The position numbers and the translations under genes are program-made. 64,000 nt of DNA from Balanoglossus misakiensis (lineage: Eukaryota; Animalia; Hemichordata), in NCBI GenBank assembly GCA_040954595.2, contig CM082579.2, forward strand, positions 16,220,550-16,284,549, read 5' to 3'. Below the pieces are notes generated by a model. It saw only the letters and a program-made list of their open reading frames with translations. It searched no databases and was not told the origin of the DNA. Below, piece by piece: positions 37,154-51,625 of the stretch (position 1 is its first letter; each line of letters opens with the position of its first letter).

Positions 37154-37341
37154 ATTTGAATCTGGAGGTGGAAAGGCTGGACACAGGACTGGGATTTCTA
37201 AACACCCAACTATGGAGAGCATGGCAGAGACATTTTCTGTCAAAGTGGCAATGAACTGGTATGACTGGCTGTTAGCTGCACTGGATTGTTACACCTGGGT
37301 GTTTGGTGAGAAGTTACTAGGACCAGCAGACTTGTTTTCAG
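37154..37341 (+). pseudogene. PRKDC: DNA-PKcs exon (FESGG...WYDWLLAALDCY)
   Basis: acag/gttggg; matches FEGGG...WLDLLLAALECY. Confidence 0.9.
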
Positions 37342-37574
37342 GTTGGGTCTGAAATTTTTGTCTTCACATATTCGCTGAACACTGCGTCTCACGTGACTAA
37401 GCAAGACACCTCACGAAGACAGACACAGATACAGGCCATCCACCATTTTGTAATGTGTTGGTTTTTTGACACTCTGGAAATGGTCTAATGCGCATGTCTG
37501 TTGTAAAACTTACGTACATTTGTGTCAGTAGTTGCATTAATTTTAGCTTCACTTCCATCATAAACTGTTGGTTT

Positions 37575-38186
37575 TTTGGGTCCCATTGGTATGTACCATG
37601 GGACCTTATGGGATCGGATGCGTTTGTATGTATGTGTGTATGTATGTATGGATGGATGGATGGATAGATGGATGGATGGATGTCTGTATGTCCGTCCACA
37701 TCAAAAACTTGTAAACCGCTGCGTGTATCACCTTGATATTTGGTTTGCTGATGCAGGCTGGGCTCTAGATGGGAGTTTGTTCAAATGAAGTTGTCATTGC
37801 CAAAAATATGCAAATTAGCTGGAAAAATGTGAATTTGGGCAAAACTCAGTAACTCAAGAAGTACTGGTCAGATTGCTTTGCAAAGTGGTGTGTATTTACT
37901 TTATTGAGTTGGTTTAATTAGGCAGGAACTCCCCTCCTGTGATTCATATGAACACGGCAAATTTCTGAATGATTACATGACTGGCTAAGTTTTAAAGAGG
38001 CCAGCTGTTCTATTTAGTGTATGTGTAGTACATATGCCATGGCAGCTTATGGGTCAGTCAGTGTTTGCCCATTGATCTCTCGCTATGTGTGTGTGTGTGT
38101 GTCTGTATATGGCCCTGTACTCCGGTGTAGACTTTTTCTTTGTAATCACTCAATGGGACCGCCGTGTCCTTGATGCGATTTTTTTC
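37575..38186 (+). mobile_element. HINE/DINE-like element (ggtcccat..gggacc, microsatellite, 3' stem-loop); copy 51697-52328
   Basis: 5' short inverted repeat, (tgta/tgga)n, 3' atgggacc..gtgtccttga, T-rich flanks. Confidence 0.7.
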
Positions 38187-38600
38187 GATGGTAAAGTTGG
38201 ACCTCTATAGAGGGGACCATTCCGAAGGGGGGGAAGGGTTAAAACTTAACCAATTCTCAATGATATTGAGAGTGATGTACTTTGCAGGTGTGCGTTACAT
38301 GTCCTCACAGTATTTAGCAGATAGCAGTCTGAGTGAAGAAATATGTCAGTTTGATCTCAACAGTACGTGGGGCATTCTTGTCGCGATTTTTAAAATATGA
38401 TTATTAAGGAAGGGTAAAAATGATTGCCAAGAAACGTGACAGATTGACTCTAGCCTGGAAGTAATAGAAAGTTTGTTTATTAGCCAATGAGATTCCACAA
38501 TTCTAAATATGGCGGTTTGTGCTTACCTGCCTCTTTGATGTTTGTCACTGAGGCAGGGTACCAGTCAATCTTCACATACATCGGTCAATTGTTCTTATAC

Positions 38601-40566
38601 ATAATCCCATGATATTTTTCTTTGTTTGACGTCATCGTATACGAGTGGTTTTTGCGGAGCCGTGCAACTTCGTGCCGTAGGCCAGAAGTTGTACGACTCC
38701 GCGAAAACCACGAGTATACGATGACGTTAAACAAAGAAAAATATCATGGGATTATATATTTATCACATGAACAGTCTTCTTATTTTCGTTAGAAGAGGTA
38801 GGATAAAAATATTCCAATATCTTGCTAAAATATTCGAGCGGCCTTGCAGTTTATTTAGCGGGATTACGTTCTTTCCCCTGCGCAACGATCTGTGGCCCCC
38901 ACGAGATATGCTAATAATGGAATCCCTTTCATTCATAAAGTGAAATCGACTTTCAAGTTTATACACTTTTGCGTCTTGTCTACCAATCAGATTCGCGGAG
39001 TCAGTCACATGGGCCAGAATTTTGATACATTCTGCCTGTCAATCATCGTCTCGCGCTGTGTACATGTCAACACAAGTCATCGCGTCGAGTTCGCCCGCAA
39101 AGTTATGCTGCAAGTCACAGTTTGACAGAAAAAATGACGCGCTTCATGTAAAACTTTATGAAAAAATATCACAGTTCCATTGCCATATATCCTAAAACCG
39201 TATATTGTGACAGGATATTAAAAATATTAGTGCAGGAAAGATGTTCAAGGTTGTGTTTGCTTCGGCCTGGCTAGTCAGCGCTGTTGTGTTTCCGCAGAAA
39301 CTACAACCCTCGTACAGAATCTCATCCTCGAACCCCACACAAATGTTTTCGATTCTCAAACAAATGAACTGCGACGTTTTTCCACGTCTTATACATTTCG
39401 TTGACCGGTGAACAGAATACAGAGTGTTAGTCGTCCCGTTCAGGTGGCTCGAAATCATTCTCGTAACTTCCGTAAGCCTAAAATCAAGTGTGCTGGCTCG
39501 CTTGGGATCGACCAGGCTGGCTAGCTGCAAGCACACATTCACGATCACCCATTCACCTTTCTCGTATTGCTTTTAGGCTGCATTCACAAACACCTCTGGA
39601 GGGGGGGGGGGCAGGAGAATTGAGGGGGGGATTTGAAAAAATTGAGGGTATGTAAGGGGGGGGATTTGAAATAATTTAGGGACTGAAAGGGGGGGACTTG
39701 AAAACTTTGACGACTAAATATTTATTTTGAGTCCACAAAAATGCAGTTTCGCGCCCTTTATTTTACAAAATTTTCTAATGTGGGAGGGGGACACCCCCTC
39801 CCACACCCACCCCCTCCATTCATCAACACCTTTCAATCATTGATTGCTTTATCTAGTGTCCCAGGTCAGGGTACTTGCCCCCACCCCATGATAACTTTGA
39901 GCGACGACGGTTAAATTTGTCCTCCCCAACATACCGGTAGTTGAGTTAATTTGCTTTTGCTGGGTTCATTAAAATGCAGCTTTGAGCTCTGTATTTTATA
40001 AAATTTTCTTACGTGGGAGGGGGACACCCCAAACCCACCCTCTTCAATTCTCGGTTTACAATGTCTCCCAACACAGAATACAAATACTTAAAAAATAAAA
40101 ACAATGGGGAAACATCAGTTTCAAATTCTTTTCATGGGAACGCTGTTTTTCTTTTTTACAAGATAGATGTGTTTTGCTCTGTGAAAGAAAATGGGGGGGG
40201 ATTTCAAAATTTTGGCAGTACGGAAGGGGGGGATTTGAAAATTTTTCGGGTTGTGTGGGGGGGGGCATGTGAAAATTAGCGGTAAAAAAAATTGAATTCT
40301 CCCGCCCCCCCCTCCAGAGGTGTTTGTGAATGCAGCCTTACCAAGCAATATTCTTTCGCAACCGTCATGGAACCGTCATTTTTATTTCAATCGTGTACAA
40401 CTACGGGTTTATGCACTTGTTATTCCGTTTTACAAGGAAGTTATAGCGACGGGCGAATCAGTGAAAATAGTTCCGGTTGATGACGTAGAACAGGGGAAAA
40501 TTCGGATTTTTTGTTCGACCTGTTCTTCGTCACACTGGTGGCTATACAGGCCAGTTCATGTGATAA
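38601..40566 (+). mobile_element. Long-hairpin element family C with MITE insert
   Basis: Collinear with 20892-24015. Confidence 0.8.
39576..40337. mobile_element. PIF/Harbinger MITE
   Basis: Perfect TIR ggctgcattcacaaacacctctgga, TTA duplication, empty site at ~23785. Confidence 0.9.
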
Positions 40567-40702
40567 TCAACACAACAAATAAAAAAATGAAGTTTGTTTG
40601 TGGAGTTTTATTTTTTACAGCAACACTACCTAATGTAAAACAGCATGTAGTATTGCTCATTTGAAACACAAGCAATCTCATAAGGTTGTCTTTGATTAGT
40701 TC

Positions 40703-43201
40703 CACTGGGCAAAAAGGTTGATATACATTCAGTATTTTCACGTATATGGACACGTAGATCAAGAATATGCGCAAGTATACAATAGTCTGCACAGTTGTAC
40801 ATCTACAATCTGCACCACGTATATGTGACGTATATTCACGTATATGGAACATACCAATGTGTTAGTATACGTGCACGTATATCTATGAAGATCACGGGTG
40901 TGCACAACGCAGACCAATGCAGATCAAGTGCACACTATGAACATTCCAACGTATTTGTACACATTCTCAGTGCATATCTTCCTTGCTATTTGCATAGTTG
41001 AGTTCACGTTCCTGGTATTTTTACGTATATTTAACGCAGACCCTTCCAGAAATTACCATACATTATGTCATCATTGTTAGCAAATATTTGCAAAATAATT
41101 TTGGGGTCATATTTAAATTACCCCAAAGGTCACAATTCTGGGGTCATCCTTCATGGTCAGGATTTGACCTTTCCTTCTTATTCACCTTTGCTGTAAATTT
41201 GTTACTATTAATCTGCTTTGAGATGCAACTGCATTTCAAAGCAGCTCAATAGCAACAAATCGGTAAAAGCATATTTCAAGCCGATACACTTCCTCCCATC
41301 ATGCATCAACAAAAAACTGCTCACATAATAAAATTCACTTAAAAGGTAATTTTATTTAAAACATATAAAATGATTAAAGACATTACATGGACAAAGAACA
41401 AAGTGTTTTGTTTTTAAATGCAAACCTAAAATCTGAAAAATAATCCTCAATGTCTAGCTTCATTCAGTAACTCCAAAATACCATGAAAAATTTGCTTCAT
41501 CTGACATCATCAGATCGCCTGCTTGCACCATGTTATCCTATTAAGATTTGTCTTCAAAATCCAACATCTTGCCATGACTCTGTAGAAGCTGTCAAAAAGA
41601 AAAGAAAAAGAGTATTTAGTTTGGTCATCTTAAGCACTTATCTTTGACTGCAGTGCCTATGAGCTACAACTTTTGGTAAGTCTGAACCACTGGCAGTTTA
41701 TATAGAGTGGGCTGTAAATACCTTCACCTGGAACACAGCGACAAGTCAGTCCGTTCTTTTTTTACCTTTGTCGCCAACATGACAGTGCACTGTTTAAGTT
41801 TATAATAAACGTCCCCCATTGTTTTTAGTTTATGGGTGAAAATGTCTCATTTGCATTCAACAAATCGGGCCATGGGAAATGTCTTCACACCTTCCAAATG
41901 TATACTTTGTTATCTGTCATGTTGACAAGGTACAAAAAGTGCTGTTATCGCAACCGAGGTCAAATAGTTATGACTGAATAGTTGTAACTATCACGCGTAA
42001 GAGCATGGTTAGAGCTACCAAGTATCCAAGCTCAGTAGCTGCTAAAATATCTGAACGTCAGCTATTCTGGCAATCCAGCAATCCCGCGCTTATATGCATC
42101 TTTTGTTTGTCGTCAACCATGAAACACCAAGCTGTAGCGCACACATGGAAATCAACCCAGTTTGTTTATCTTTTGTTCTAGCTAATCCTCAAGGCCTTTG
42201 ATCTTGGCCGATGTTCCGCGTCTTTAATCTCTACGGGTTATGCTCAATGTTATAAATCATACTACACCAAATTGAATGAAAAGTCTAAGAATAAAAGAGA
42301 TATACTTACTCGTTGGTTGTATCAGATGAATCTTCTATGGTTACATAAAGCTGAGTGCTTTACCTGCCGCTGCAAAGTAAAACAAGGGACATTTGAGATA
42401 ACAATACAAATGCTTGGTGGAAATGTCAAATTGTCAATCAAAACCTGTTTCTCGTTCTACATAGACATGCTTGATGCACTAATGCAAACGGCAGAAATAA
42501 AAAGGACTCGGACTAACAACGAGTAGAAATAGTGTCAAAACGCAGACACCTGGGTGGGGTGGATATGGACAAGACCAAAACACGATGTATGTTTAAACTT
42601 ACAAAAATCATACGATCCGGTCTTCCTTTGTTGGTGCATAGATTATCACCGCCGCATGTCGATTTTCCCTCAAAGACTTCTGTTCTGCGTCCAGACTATC
42701 GAGTTTCTGTGACAACTCTTCTTTCGCTTTTTCTGGTGTTGAAACAAATTTATGCACACGGTTGACGGCGTACAGTGACTGCCAGCGGTGCTGGTGTTTC
42801 TATGTACCGGAGGTGGACGTCGTAAAACGTCGTAAAACAACCAGCGTTTTGCGACATAAAGTGGCCGCAGAAGTGCGACCCAGATCTTTCATCAAACTTT
42901 TGAAAGCGTTTGCTTTTAAAAACGGGTGGTCCAAATAATCCTAATAATTAGCATGAATATACGTACATATACATGGATGTATACTGTAGGCACACGATTC
43001 GGAAGAAAATAACTACAAATGCGTAGATCTGCGGAACGTATATGTAAGAGAACGTGTACATGATGTATACTTCACGTATTTGTACACATATCTAGCAGCT
43101 TGCATTTGTTACGTAAATGCACGTATATGAAACGTATATGTCAAATGTACAAACTTAGTAGTTTTACGTATATTGTCGTATATCAATCATTTTGCCCAGT
43201 G
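40703..43201. mobile_element. CACTA/EnSpm-like non-autonomous element
   Basis: cactgggcaaaa...ttttgcccagtg TIR, TTC duplication, subterminal acgtatat motifs. Confidence 0.75.
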
Positions 43202-43782
43202 TTCGTTCCTCATCAATCAATTTACTCTTTGAACAGGTGTAATACAGGTGCATAAATGGCTAACCTATTACCGGTAGGTTGGGTCTTCTAAAGCACTGTG
43301 TATTACCCAAATAAAACACTGTGCTTGTATTTGCAGAATAGACATAAGGCCAAAATATTAAAGTAAATTCTTTATTTTGCACCCACTGAGTATTCTGTTA
43401 GCTAGGTGGCTAAACGGTTATAAAACAGTACACAACAAAAATCTAGTACAAAACAATTTTTCCTTCATTTTGTCATGCTATATGAATGTCCCTGTAGTGA
43501 TTTGGTTCAGTGGCTGTCTTATGACTGCACAGAGTCATGACTTAATTTTGTGAGACAATATTGTCCATAAGAAAAATTTCCCAAGAAAACTTTGCATGTG
43601 TTTTACTTGAAAACATTTGAAAACTTATATTTGTGTGGATGTAACACAAAGAATTTACTTTGGCCTAATATTTAACAGACAAATTGACCTATCCTAAGCC
43701 AAAGAATTTGCTTGAGCTTGAATTGAATTTTTTCTGACAACTAGTGTGTCATTATTTGAATTTATTCTATCTTTGCACACAG

Positions 43783-44012
43783 GCAAAGTGCAAAAAACCA
43801 GCAGTCTGTTTAAATCGCTGGAGTTCTTTCTGACAAAGCTTGCGTTAGAAGATATCTATGGTGCAGCCAAGTGTTTTGACACAACTGTGCAAGGACTGGT
43901 GTTTACTTCAAGAGAGATGGAAAGTTACAACAAGAGCGAATGTACTATCATTGTTCGATTGACTGATTTCCTGACTGTCTTGCTGGCTCTCCACTCCAAT
44001 GAATTGGGAAAG
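43783..44012 (+). pseudogene. PRKDC: DNA-PKcs exon (SSLFKSLEFFL...AAKCF...YNKSECTIIVRL)
   Basis: Phase-compatible with previous exon; matches SSLLKAVAFFL..AAEKCF..YNYSKCTVVVRI. Confidence 0.9.
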
Positions 44013-44713
44013 GTAAGGATGAAGGATGCAGTTTTTCGCCTCAAAATGTGAGCACAGTGTCATTTATGCTATTTTTGTTATACAAGGGACATTTTATCAA
44101 TTTTATTTCTGTTTATGTGATATAAGAAGGGTGAGGTTGATCCAACAAAAAATTACATAAAACAATATTGATTATGAGTAGTGATTTAAGGTATACTTTA
44201 GAGGAACAAAGTCTCTCTCTCGCTGCCTTTTATCCATTAACTATGTTTGATACTAGACACCGTTTATGTCATGTGGATATATAGTGAATCAACGTTCGAC
44301 CACACACACCTTCCATCCCATTTGAAGCATATGAGAGTAAAAATCTCGCCAAAATGAATAAACGGTAAACACCAATTATTCAATTTGGTGACTTTTTCAC
44401 TCTAGTGTCTGCAAGTGGGATGGAAGTTGTGTGTGGTTGAACGTTGATTCACTATATATCCACATGTAGAATAACATAAACAGTGTCTTGTATCAAACAT
44501 AATTTATGGAAAAGGCAGCAAGAGAGAGACTTTGTCCCATTTCACCCAAGTTCTCTCTTTAGAGGTCGTACATTCCATAGGAAACAATGCGTTTGGACTG
44601 AACCATGGCTTTGAAAGGGTTAAACAGTACTTGTAAAAAGTGTTGTTGATTAGAACTGTCCAGTCAGACCAGCCATTCACCTGTTATATCTCACTTCATC
44701 CACTTTGTGATAA

Positions 44714-47697
44714 TTACGGGCCCAAGCCAAGCCAGGCTTGGGCCCGTATTGGTTTCGTTGGAATTTTTACGGGCCCAAGCCAAGCCAGGCTTGGGCCCGT
44801 ATTGGTTTCGTTGGAATTTTACTTTCTTTCTTTCTTTCTTTCTTTCTTTATTCTTGTGTCAATTCTTTGACCCACGAGATCTCAGACACCGCTGCAGGTA
44901 CACTTCTGAAACTTGCTACAGTGGTCAAGGTCAATGAGTAGTCGTGCATTGAACCCTTGAATTTTTAATTAGTCACATGACCTGGCGGCCATATTGGATT
45001 TTCTGAAAAAATGCAAATCTCAGATCTCAGAAACTACAAGTCAGATCGACTTCAAATTTGGTGTGCAGGTAGTCTACCTTCTACCCATCATTTTTGTAAT
45101 CGGATATTTTGCTGTAAATGTTGCAGTTTTTTTGCTACAATTTTTTTTCTGAAATCTGGCTTAAATTTCAAAAATCTTCTTCTCCAGAACCGGTGATAAC
45201 TGAGTCATGCGGTTTGGGGTATGTGGTCACCTAACTGATGTCTATCAAGTTTGCGAAGATCATTATGATTGGTCGAAGATTATGGCGGCCATATTGGATT
45301 TTCGAAAAACCATAGTAAAACTTCAAAAATCTTCTTCTCAAGAACGGGCGATGACCGAGTCACAAGATTTGGTGTGTGTGGTCATTAAACAGATGTCTAT
45401 TAAGTTTGCGAAGGGGAATGTGATTGGTCGAAGATTATGGCGGCCATATTGGATTTTGTGAAAAACGATTAAAAAGTAAAAATTCCCTTTCTAGCCTAAA
45501 AATTGATAGCACAGAAATTCTTTTTATGGATATGAATCATCATATGACAACAATAAGCCATAAATATTTTGGTAATTTTGGCAATGACCTTTGACCTACT
45601 TTTGACGCATCAATTTTCTGCATATCTAATTCCAGGCTAACCAATAGGGCTATAAGTTTGGTTTTTGATGTATGTGGATTTGTATGTGATCAAAAATTTT
45701 TGCTACTTTTCATGACCCCTTTGACCTTTGTTGACCTCATTAAATATGCACATACCTAATTACAGATGAACCAATAGACCTAGAGGTTTTGTTTTTGTTA
45801 TACATGGACCAGTATGGGGTCAAAATATTTTGCCCAAATGTTGGGTGACCTCGGGTGACCTTTGACCTACTTTTGCATATCTCGACATCCACAGCAGATA
45901 CAGCCTTGGCGTTTGGAGATATGGGGCCATAATGAAAAGCCAAAGTTTTGGGTCACCTGTGACACCTGCTTAACTCATTATTTATGTGCATACCTAATTC
46001 CGAGCTAACCAAAAGGGCTAGAGGTCTGGTTTTTGTTGGACATAGACCACTATGGGTCAACATTTTCTGCCCAAATTGTGGATGACCTCTGGGTGACCTT
46101 TGACCTACTTAACACTATATCAACACCAAACATAGATATAACCTTGATATTTCATGGGATAAAACACAGCATTATGTTTCTACTCATTAATTATGTGCAT
46201 ATCTAATAATCAGATCAGATAATAGAGCTTGGGCCCGGACAATGCTGCTTGCAGCTTTAATTCTTTCTTTCTTTCTTTCTTTCTTTATTCTTGTGTCAAT
46301 TCTTTGACCCACGAGATCTCAGACACCGCTGCAGGTACACTTCTGAAACTTGCTACAGTAGTCAAGGTCAATGAGTAGTCGTGCATTGAACCCTTGAATT
46401 TTTAATTAGTCACGTGACCTGGCGGCCATCTTGGATTTTCTGAAAAAAAGCAAATCTCAGATCTCAGAAACTACAAGTCAGATCGACTTCAAATTTGGCG
46501 TGCAGGTAGATTTCATTCTGCCCATCATTTTTGTAAATAGAAATTATGCTGTCAATGTTGCAGTTTTTTTGCTACAATTTTTTTTCTGAAATCTGGCTTA
46601 AATTTCAAAAATCTTCTTCTCCAGAACCGGTGATAACCGAGACACAGGGTTTGGTGTATGTGGTCACCTAACTGATGTCTATCAAGTTTGCGAAGATCAT
46701 TGTGATTGGTCGAAGATTTTGGCGGCCATATTGGATTTTCGAAAAACCCTAGTAAAACTTCAAAAATCTTCTTCTCAAGAACCAGCGATAACCGAGTCAC
46801 AAGATTTGGTGTGTGTGGTCATTAAACAGATGTCTATCAAGTTTGCAAAGAGCATTGTGATTGGTCGAAGATTATGGCGGCCATATTGGATTTTGTGAAA
46901 AACGATTAAAAAGTAAAAATTCCCTTTCTAGCCTAAAAATTGATAGCACAGAAATTATTTTATGGATATGAATCATCATATGACTACAATGTGCTATAAA
47001 TATTTTGGTAATTTTGGCAATGACCTTTGACCTACTTTTGACGCATCATTTTTCTGCATATCTAATTCCAGGCTAACCAATAGGGCTATAAGTTTGGTCT
47101 TTGATGTATGTGGATTAGTGTGTGATCAAAATATTTTGCTACTTTTCATGACCCCTTTGACCCCTGCTGACCTCATTAATTATGTGCATAGCTAATTACA
47201 GGCGAACCAATAGACCTAGAGGTTTTGTTTTTGTTGGACAGGACAAGTATGGGATCAAAATTTTTTACCCAAATGTTGGGTGACCTCTGGTGACCTTTGA
47301 CCTACTTTCGCAAATCTCAGCATCCACAGCAGATACAGCCTTGGCGTTTGGAGGTATGGGGCCATAATGAAAAGCCAAAGTTTTTGGTCACCTGTGACAC
47401 CTGCTTAACTCATTATTTATGTGCATACCTAATTCCGGGCTAACCAAAAGGGGTAGAGGTCTGTTTTTTGTTGGACATGGACCACTATGGGTCAAAATTT
47501 TCTGCCCAAATTGTGGGTGACCTCTGGGTGACCTTCGACCTACTTAACACTATATCAGCACTAAACATGGATATAATCTTGATATTTCATGGGATAAAAC
47601 ACAGCATTATGTTTCTACTCATTAATTACGTGCATATCTAATAATCAGATAAGTTAATAGAGCTTGGGCCCGGACAATGCTGCTTGCAGCTTTAATT
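44714..47697 (+). mobile_element. Helentron-type non-autonomous element as ~1.44-kb tandem dimer
   Basis: 5' gggcccaagc..gcttgggccc hairpin (twice), (ttct)n, units ending gcttgggcccggacaatgctgcttgcagctttaatt at ~46262 and ~47697. Confidence 0.75.
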
Positions 47698-48100
47698 TTC
47701 CTTGCCTCTGCAAATTCTTCAAATATAATTTACTGGTTCAATATGCATTTACCTAGTTACTTGAAGTTCAAAGACAAGTATGACATGCCCTTTAAAAGCT
47801 GCTCTAACCCTGTTACCACAATTGTTTCTATGGTGAAATTGGACCTCTTTAGAGGGATTAGGGGGTGAAAGGGTTAAGAGTGAATATATTCATTTGGTTA
47901 TTGATGTCTAAAGGTACTGTAAAACAGTTTATTTTCGCGAGCAATAAATTTTCGCGAGATACACGAGAGCCAAAAAATGTTTTTGACAGATAACGATGCA
48001 ATAAATGAAAATATGGAAAGTGAAAATTAATTCTCGCATAACAGTTGCCTCTTTCATGAAAATAACCTGTTTTACAGTATACGTTTGCAGCCCATATTTA

Positions 48101-48775
48101 GGGGTTATTACACGAATTTTGGTCGATAACGCGTCGTATTCGAGTGATGTCCGTTTTTGGACGAGTTGCGAAGCAACAAGTCAAAATACGGACATCATGA
48201 GAATGCGTCGCGTTATCGACCAAAATTCGTGTAATAACCCCTTTATCATACATGCCTACCTATAAAACAGTACAATTTGCGAAAATGCGCCGAGAAAAAC
48301 GATTTCAAATTTGAACGGGCGCCCTGGGATCACGGCAGTAGCCATGTTGTGACGTATGACGTGTGGGCCGTAGTATCATTTTAAGGGGGTTGGCAGCTTT
48401 CATTACGATGGGCACATCCGCATTCTAAATAAAATTGTCTACGTTCTCTTTCAAAATATCATGTTAACAATTATTTTGCATTGAGAATTTCAAAGAAGTA
48501 AAAATGATACGTTCAACATGGCAAAACTGCCAGCTTTGAAAACGTTATTACAGCTTCTAATAACCGAATTTTACAACACCCCTCTCCTCTAGTGTCCTAT
48601 GCCCCATACGTCGCGCGCACACGCAGCGAACTGTCGCGCCGCGCGTTCTCAAAAATAGTTCGAGACGCGGAGTGAAGATATATTGCACTCAGTGTAGTAC
48701 TGTAAAATATCTTCGGGGCGAGAACAATAGAAAGTGCCAAATACAGGCGTTGCATGTATGATAAAGACATTTATA
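48101..48775 (+). mobile_element. Long-hairpin element family E
   Basis: Palindrome centred on ttgcgaagcaa; ttatcatacatgc inverted at ~48752-48764. Confidence 0.7.
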
Positions 48776-48912
48776 TGATGACATTATCACATTCAGTTTG
48801 AAGTAAGACAATGAATGATAATTATTTTTGTTTTCTTCTAAGTGTCCCATTGATTCATTCAAATGCGGTGATTGTAAGTACAAAATACACACAAATTACT
48901 ATTTTAACCATG

Positions 48913-49033
48913 CAGTGTTACAGAGGCTTAATGAGGCCACAGGAGTAATTTTTTTATTTCATGCCTGTAATAAAAAATTCATGAAATAAAAAATATATAT
49001 TCCTGTGGCCTCATTAAGCCTCTATACAGTGTT
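48913..49033. repeat. Small fold-back element
   Basis: agaggcttaatgaggccacagga / tcctgtggcctcattaagcctct. Confidence 0.7.
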
Positions 49034-49092
49034 AATAGTGTAATGAATGACACCAATTTTTTGATTACGGATTTGATGTTTTGCTTTAGCAG

Positions 49093-49216
49093 TCCATCCC
49101 AAGCACCTTGTGGAGCACCCATTTGTACGAATGCATCACCAGCTTGTGTTTTAGACCCCACATCTCTTGGTTTTGACATGGCTGATGTTGAAGTCATCAA
49201 TAACTTACCTGCCAGG
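49093..49216 (+). pseudogene. PRKDC: DNA-PKcs exon with frameshift near 49141
   Basis: SIPSTLWSTHLYECIT then shifted ACVLDPTSLGFDMADVEVINNLP (cf. EPASIGFNIGDVQVMAHLP). Confidence 0.85.
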
Positions 49217-49575
49217 GTAAGTATTATTATAAGAATTTATAACGTTTTTTCCCATATTTTAAACAAGTGTGTCTGTGTTGTGGATGAGTGATTCCCTTAT
49301 GGGGGGATTGCAGCTATAAGGGGAATCAATAGTCTGTAACACAGGTACACGAGTGAGGACTAATGACGAGAAAGATATGTTTATCAAATACATACATCAG
49401 CTAATTTTGATTGTCAAATAAAACTTGTTAGGATGAAATTTGGAACTATGTTGTGCCAAAATGAAGAGATCAATATTATGCGGTCCCATTTGTCAGGTGC
49501 CTTTGTGGAAGAATTTTTTTTTGCAAAGAAATGATACATAATGAGAATGGCATGAATTTACTCTTTAGCATGCTA

Positions 49576-49755
49576 TAGTGGGGCAGTTAACAAAAAAAAT
49601 CGTGCACTTTGGGTTAAAAGCATGAAACTTGGCTGTCATTTTGGATCCATATCAGAAAATGGCCGCCATGGGTCAATGCATAAGTGTACCAAGTTTTATG
49701 CTTTTAACCCAAAGTGCACAATTATGCCAAAATGTGGGGTTAAGCTCCTGCACTA
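49576..49755. mobile_element. Internally deleted TAGTG...CACTA element
   Basis: CTA duplication; ends match 21652-23537 in reverse. Confidence 0.8.
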
Positions 49756-49875
49756 CTAGTTAAAGGGCCGGGTTTGGAAGTGCTAAGCATTATTTGGTTG
49801 AGCTCTCATCCATTCAGACTGGCAGATTGTAGCATGATATGATATTTATAATTGTTATTTTATCATTGGGAGCAG

Positions 49876-49970
49876 ACTTGACAATTACTGGGACTGCTTG
49901 CACAGAAAGCACCTAAGAGTGTTGTGATGGATTTGAAAAAATGTATCCAGAAGATGCTTGGCCAGAAAGG
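49876..49970 (+). pseudogene. PRKDC: DNA-PKcs exon with in-frame TGA at 49879
   Basis: gcag/gtaagg, phases fit both neighbours; T*QLLGLLAQKAP... Confidence 0.7.
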
Positions 49971-50033
49971 GTAAGGATTGATAATCATTCAGTGACTCAG
50001 AGTGCTAATGAAATGGAATTAAGTCTCTCTGTT

Positions 50034-50072
<39 letters not shown>
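50034..50072. repeat. (ATC)n microsatellite
   Basis: Direct reading. Confidence 0.95.
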
Positions 50073-50148
50073 TCTGTCATTAGATCCTCATAATCTCTGA
50101 GCAAAATAGACCACCAAAATGACAGTGTCTTATCATTATCTATTACAG

Positions 50149-50287
50149 ACATGATGATATTCTCCTGATTACACCATCTTTACTGAAAGGCAGTGAGAAG
50201 GATGTTAACATTATCAAACTGATTCACATGGTATCAGAATATGAACAGCTTCACAAGGCAAACTTGCTTCCAGCGTTGCAACAAAAG
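50149..50287 (+). pseudogene. PRKDC: DNA-PKcs exon (...VSEYEQLHKANLL)
   Basis: tacag/gtcagt; cf. VSACKQLHRAGLL. Confidence 0.8.
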
Positions 50288-50322
50288 GTCAGTTACTGAA
50301 TAAGCCAAAGATGAGGGAGTTC

Positions 50323-50779
50323 TTAAACCCCGGTGCGTAAAAGGCCGGGGATTCGGATTAACGTGTGTTTGTATAGTTCTTTATTTGGGAGTGGTCATCG
50401 TGCATATCAACTGTGTAATTGATCTCATGTACATTGAAAATAATTGAACACTTTACAACTCCATGCGATTGACAGCTGTTTGAATTGCGTGGCCATTGTT
50501 TCCCAGGGACGCGATCCATTGTTCTGAAAAGCACTGAAACCAGATTTCTCCCAAAATCATCTTTGTTTCCAAAGCTTGTTTACTTTTTCGTCGATAACTT
50601 TATGTTGTGTGTGTTTATAAAGCCAACTACTGTCGTTGTGTGGTGTAATTCTGTATGCTTGGACCTGTTTGGGCCAATTTTCATAGAGCCGAGATCGTTG
50701 GTATTGTCTGTTGTCAGTCAAACGGCATTAAGATTAGCCACTGATTTGGGGGGCTTTTTATACCCTGCACCGGGGTTTA
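50323..50779. mobile_element. MITE with taaaccccggtgc TIR
   Basis: taaaccccggtgc / gcaccggggttta. Confidence 0.55.
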
Positions 50780-51196
50780 TGGACTGCAAACTTGTGCCAG
50801 TATTTAGCAGTATTTATTTTCTGTCATATGCAGAACAAGTGATAATCTCTGGCCTTTTACTTAGATATTTCCACAGGCTGGATAATGTTATTTCTGATGG
50901 ATTTGATTTGGTTCTGTTTGTGGAATCATGAACATGGAAAGGGGACAACTCCAATATCAGACACGAATCAAACACACCTTTTTTTCAACAAGCTTCCTGA
51001 GGAAAATAAACTCTTGTAACACAGCAACCGGGAAAGTTACAATACATACGGAGCTTTAGCCTTTACAATACAAGCTTATGTGATCCAGGAATGTAAAAAC
51101 GCCTTCATAATAATGCAGATAACATTTACCAGTATGCCCTTTTCTGATTTTGGATATATTACAAAGTAAATGGCAATATTTTTATTCACACTGCAG

Positions 51197-51358
51197 GGAG
51201 GTATCACTGGTGATAAACTGTCCTACAAGTTGTTGACTGCTGTGTTTGAGAGCATTGCTACAAAGACAGGCAACTCACTTATCGCTGCCCATCTTTCACC
51301 AACCCCACATGAACTGGCTACCAGACTCCTAGGGCTGACTTCCCTACAGGCTAATCAG
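51197..51358 (+). pseudogene. PRKDC: DNA-PKcs exon (KLLTAVFESIA...ELATRLLGL)
   Basis: ctgcag/gtaatg; cf. ELLSLVYKGIA..QLASGLLEL. Confidence 0.75.
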
Positions 51359-51374
51359 GTAATGATATTCAGAA

Positions 51375-51625
51375 GTAAAGAAACTCATGGCCTTACCCTG
51401 GAGTACATTTCTAACATGGTTAATCAATATACCCCTTCTCGCAACTTAAGGTCTCAGGAAAAGAACCTTCTGACAACAACACAGTACAAGCAAGTCAATT
51501 GTGGACGTGCATTTTCTTATGCTACTGCAAAGCTATGGAACTCACAGCTTAATGAGATTTGACTAACACCCAATCTTGAGTCTTATTAGATAAAACTGAA
51601 GACATATTTGTTTGGAATAGCCTAC
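51375..51625 (+). mobile_element. L2/CR1 LINE 3' fragment
   Basis: YTPSRNLRS...GRAFSYATAKLWNS...KLKTYLF. Confidence 0.75.

Noticed and set aside
50485-50931. 148-aa ORF
   Set aside because: Intronic, overlaps a MITE, no recognisable domain
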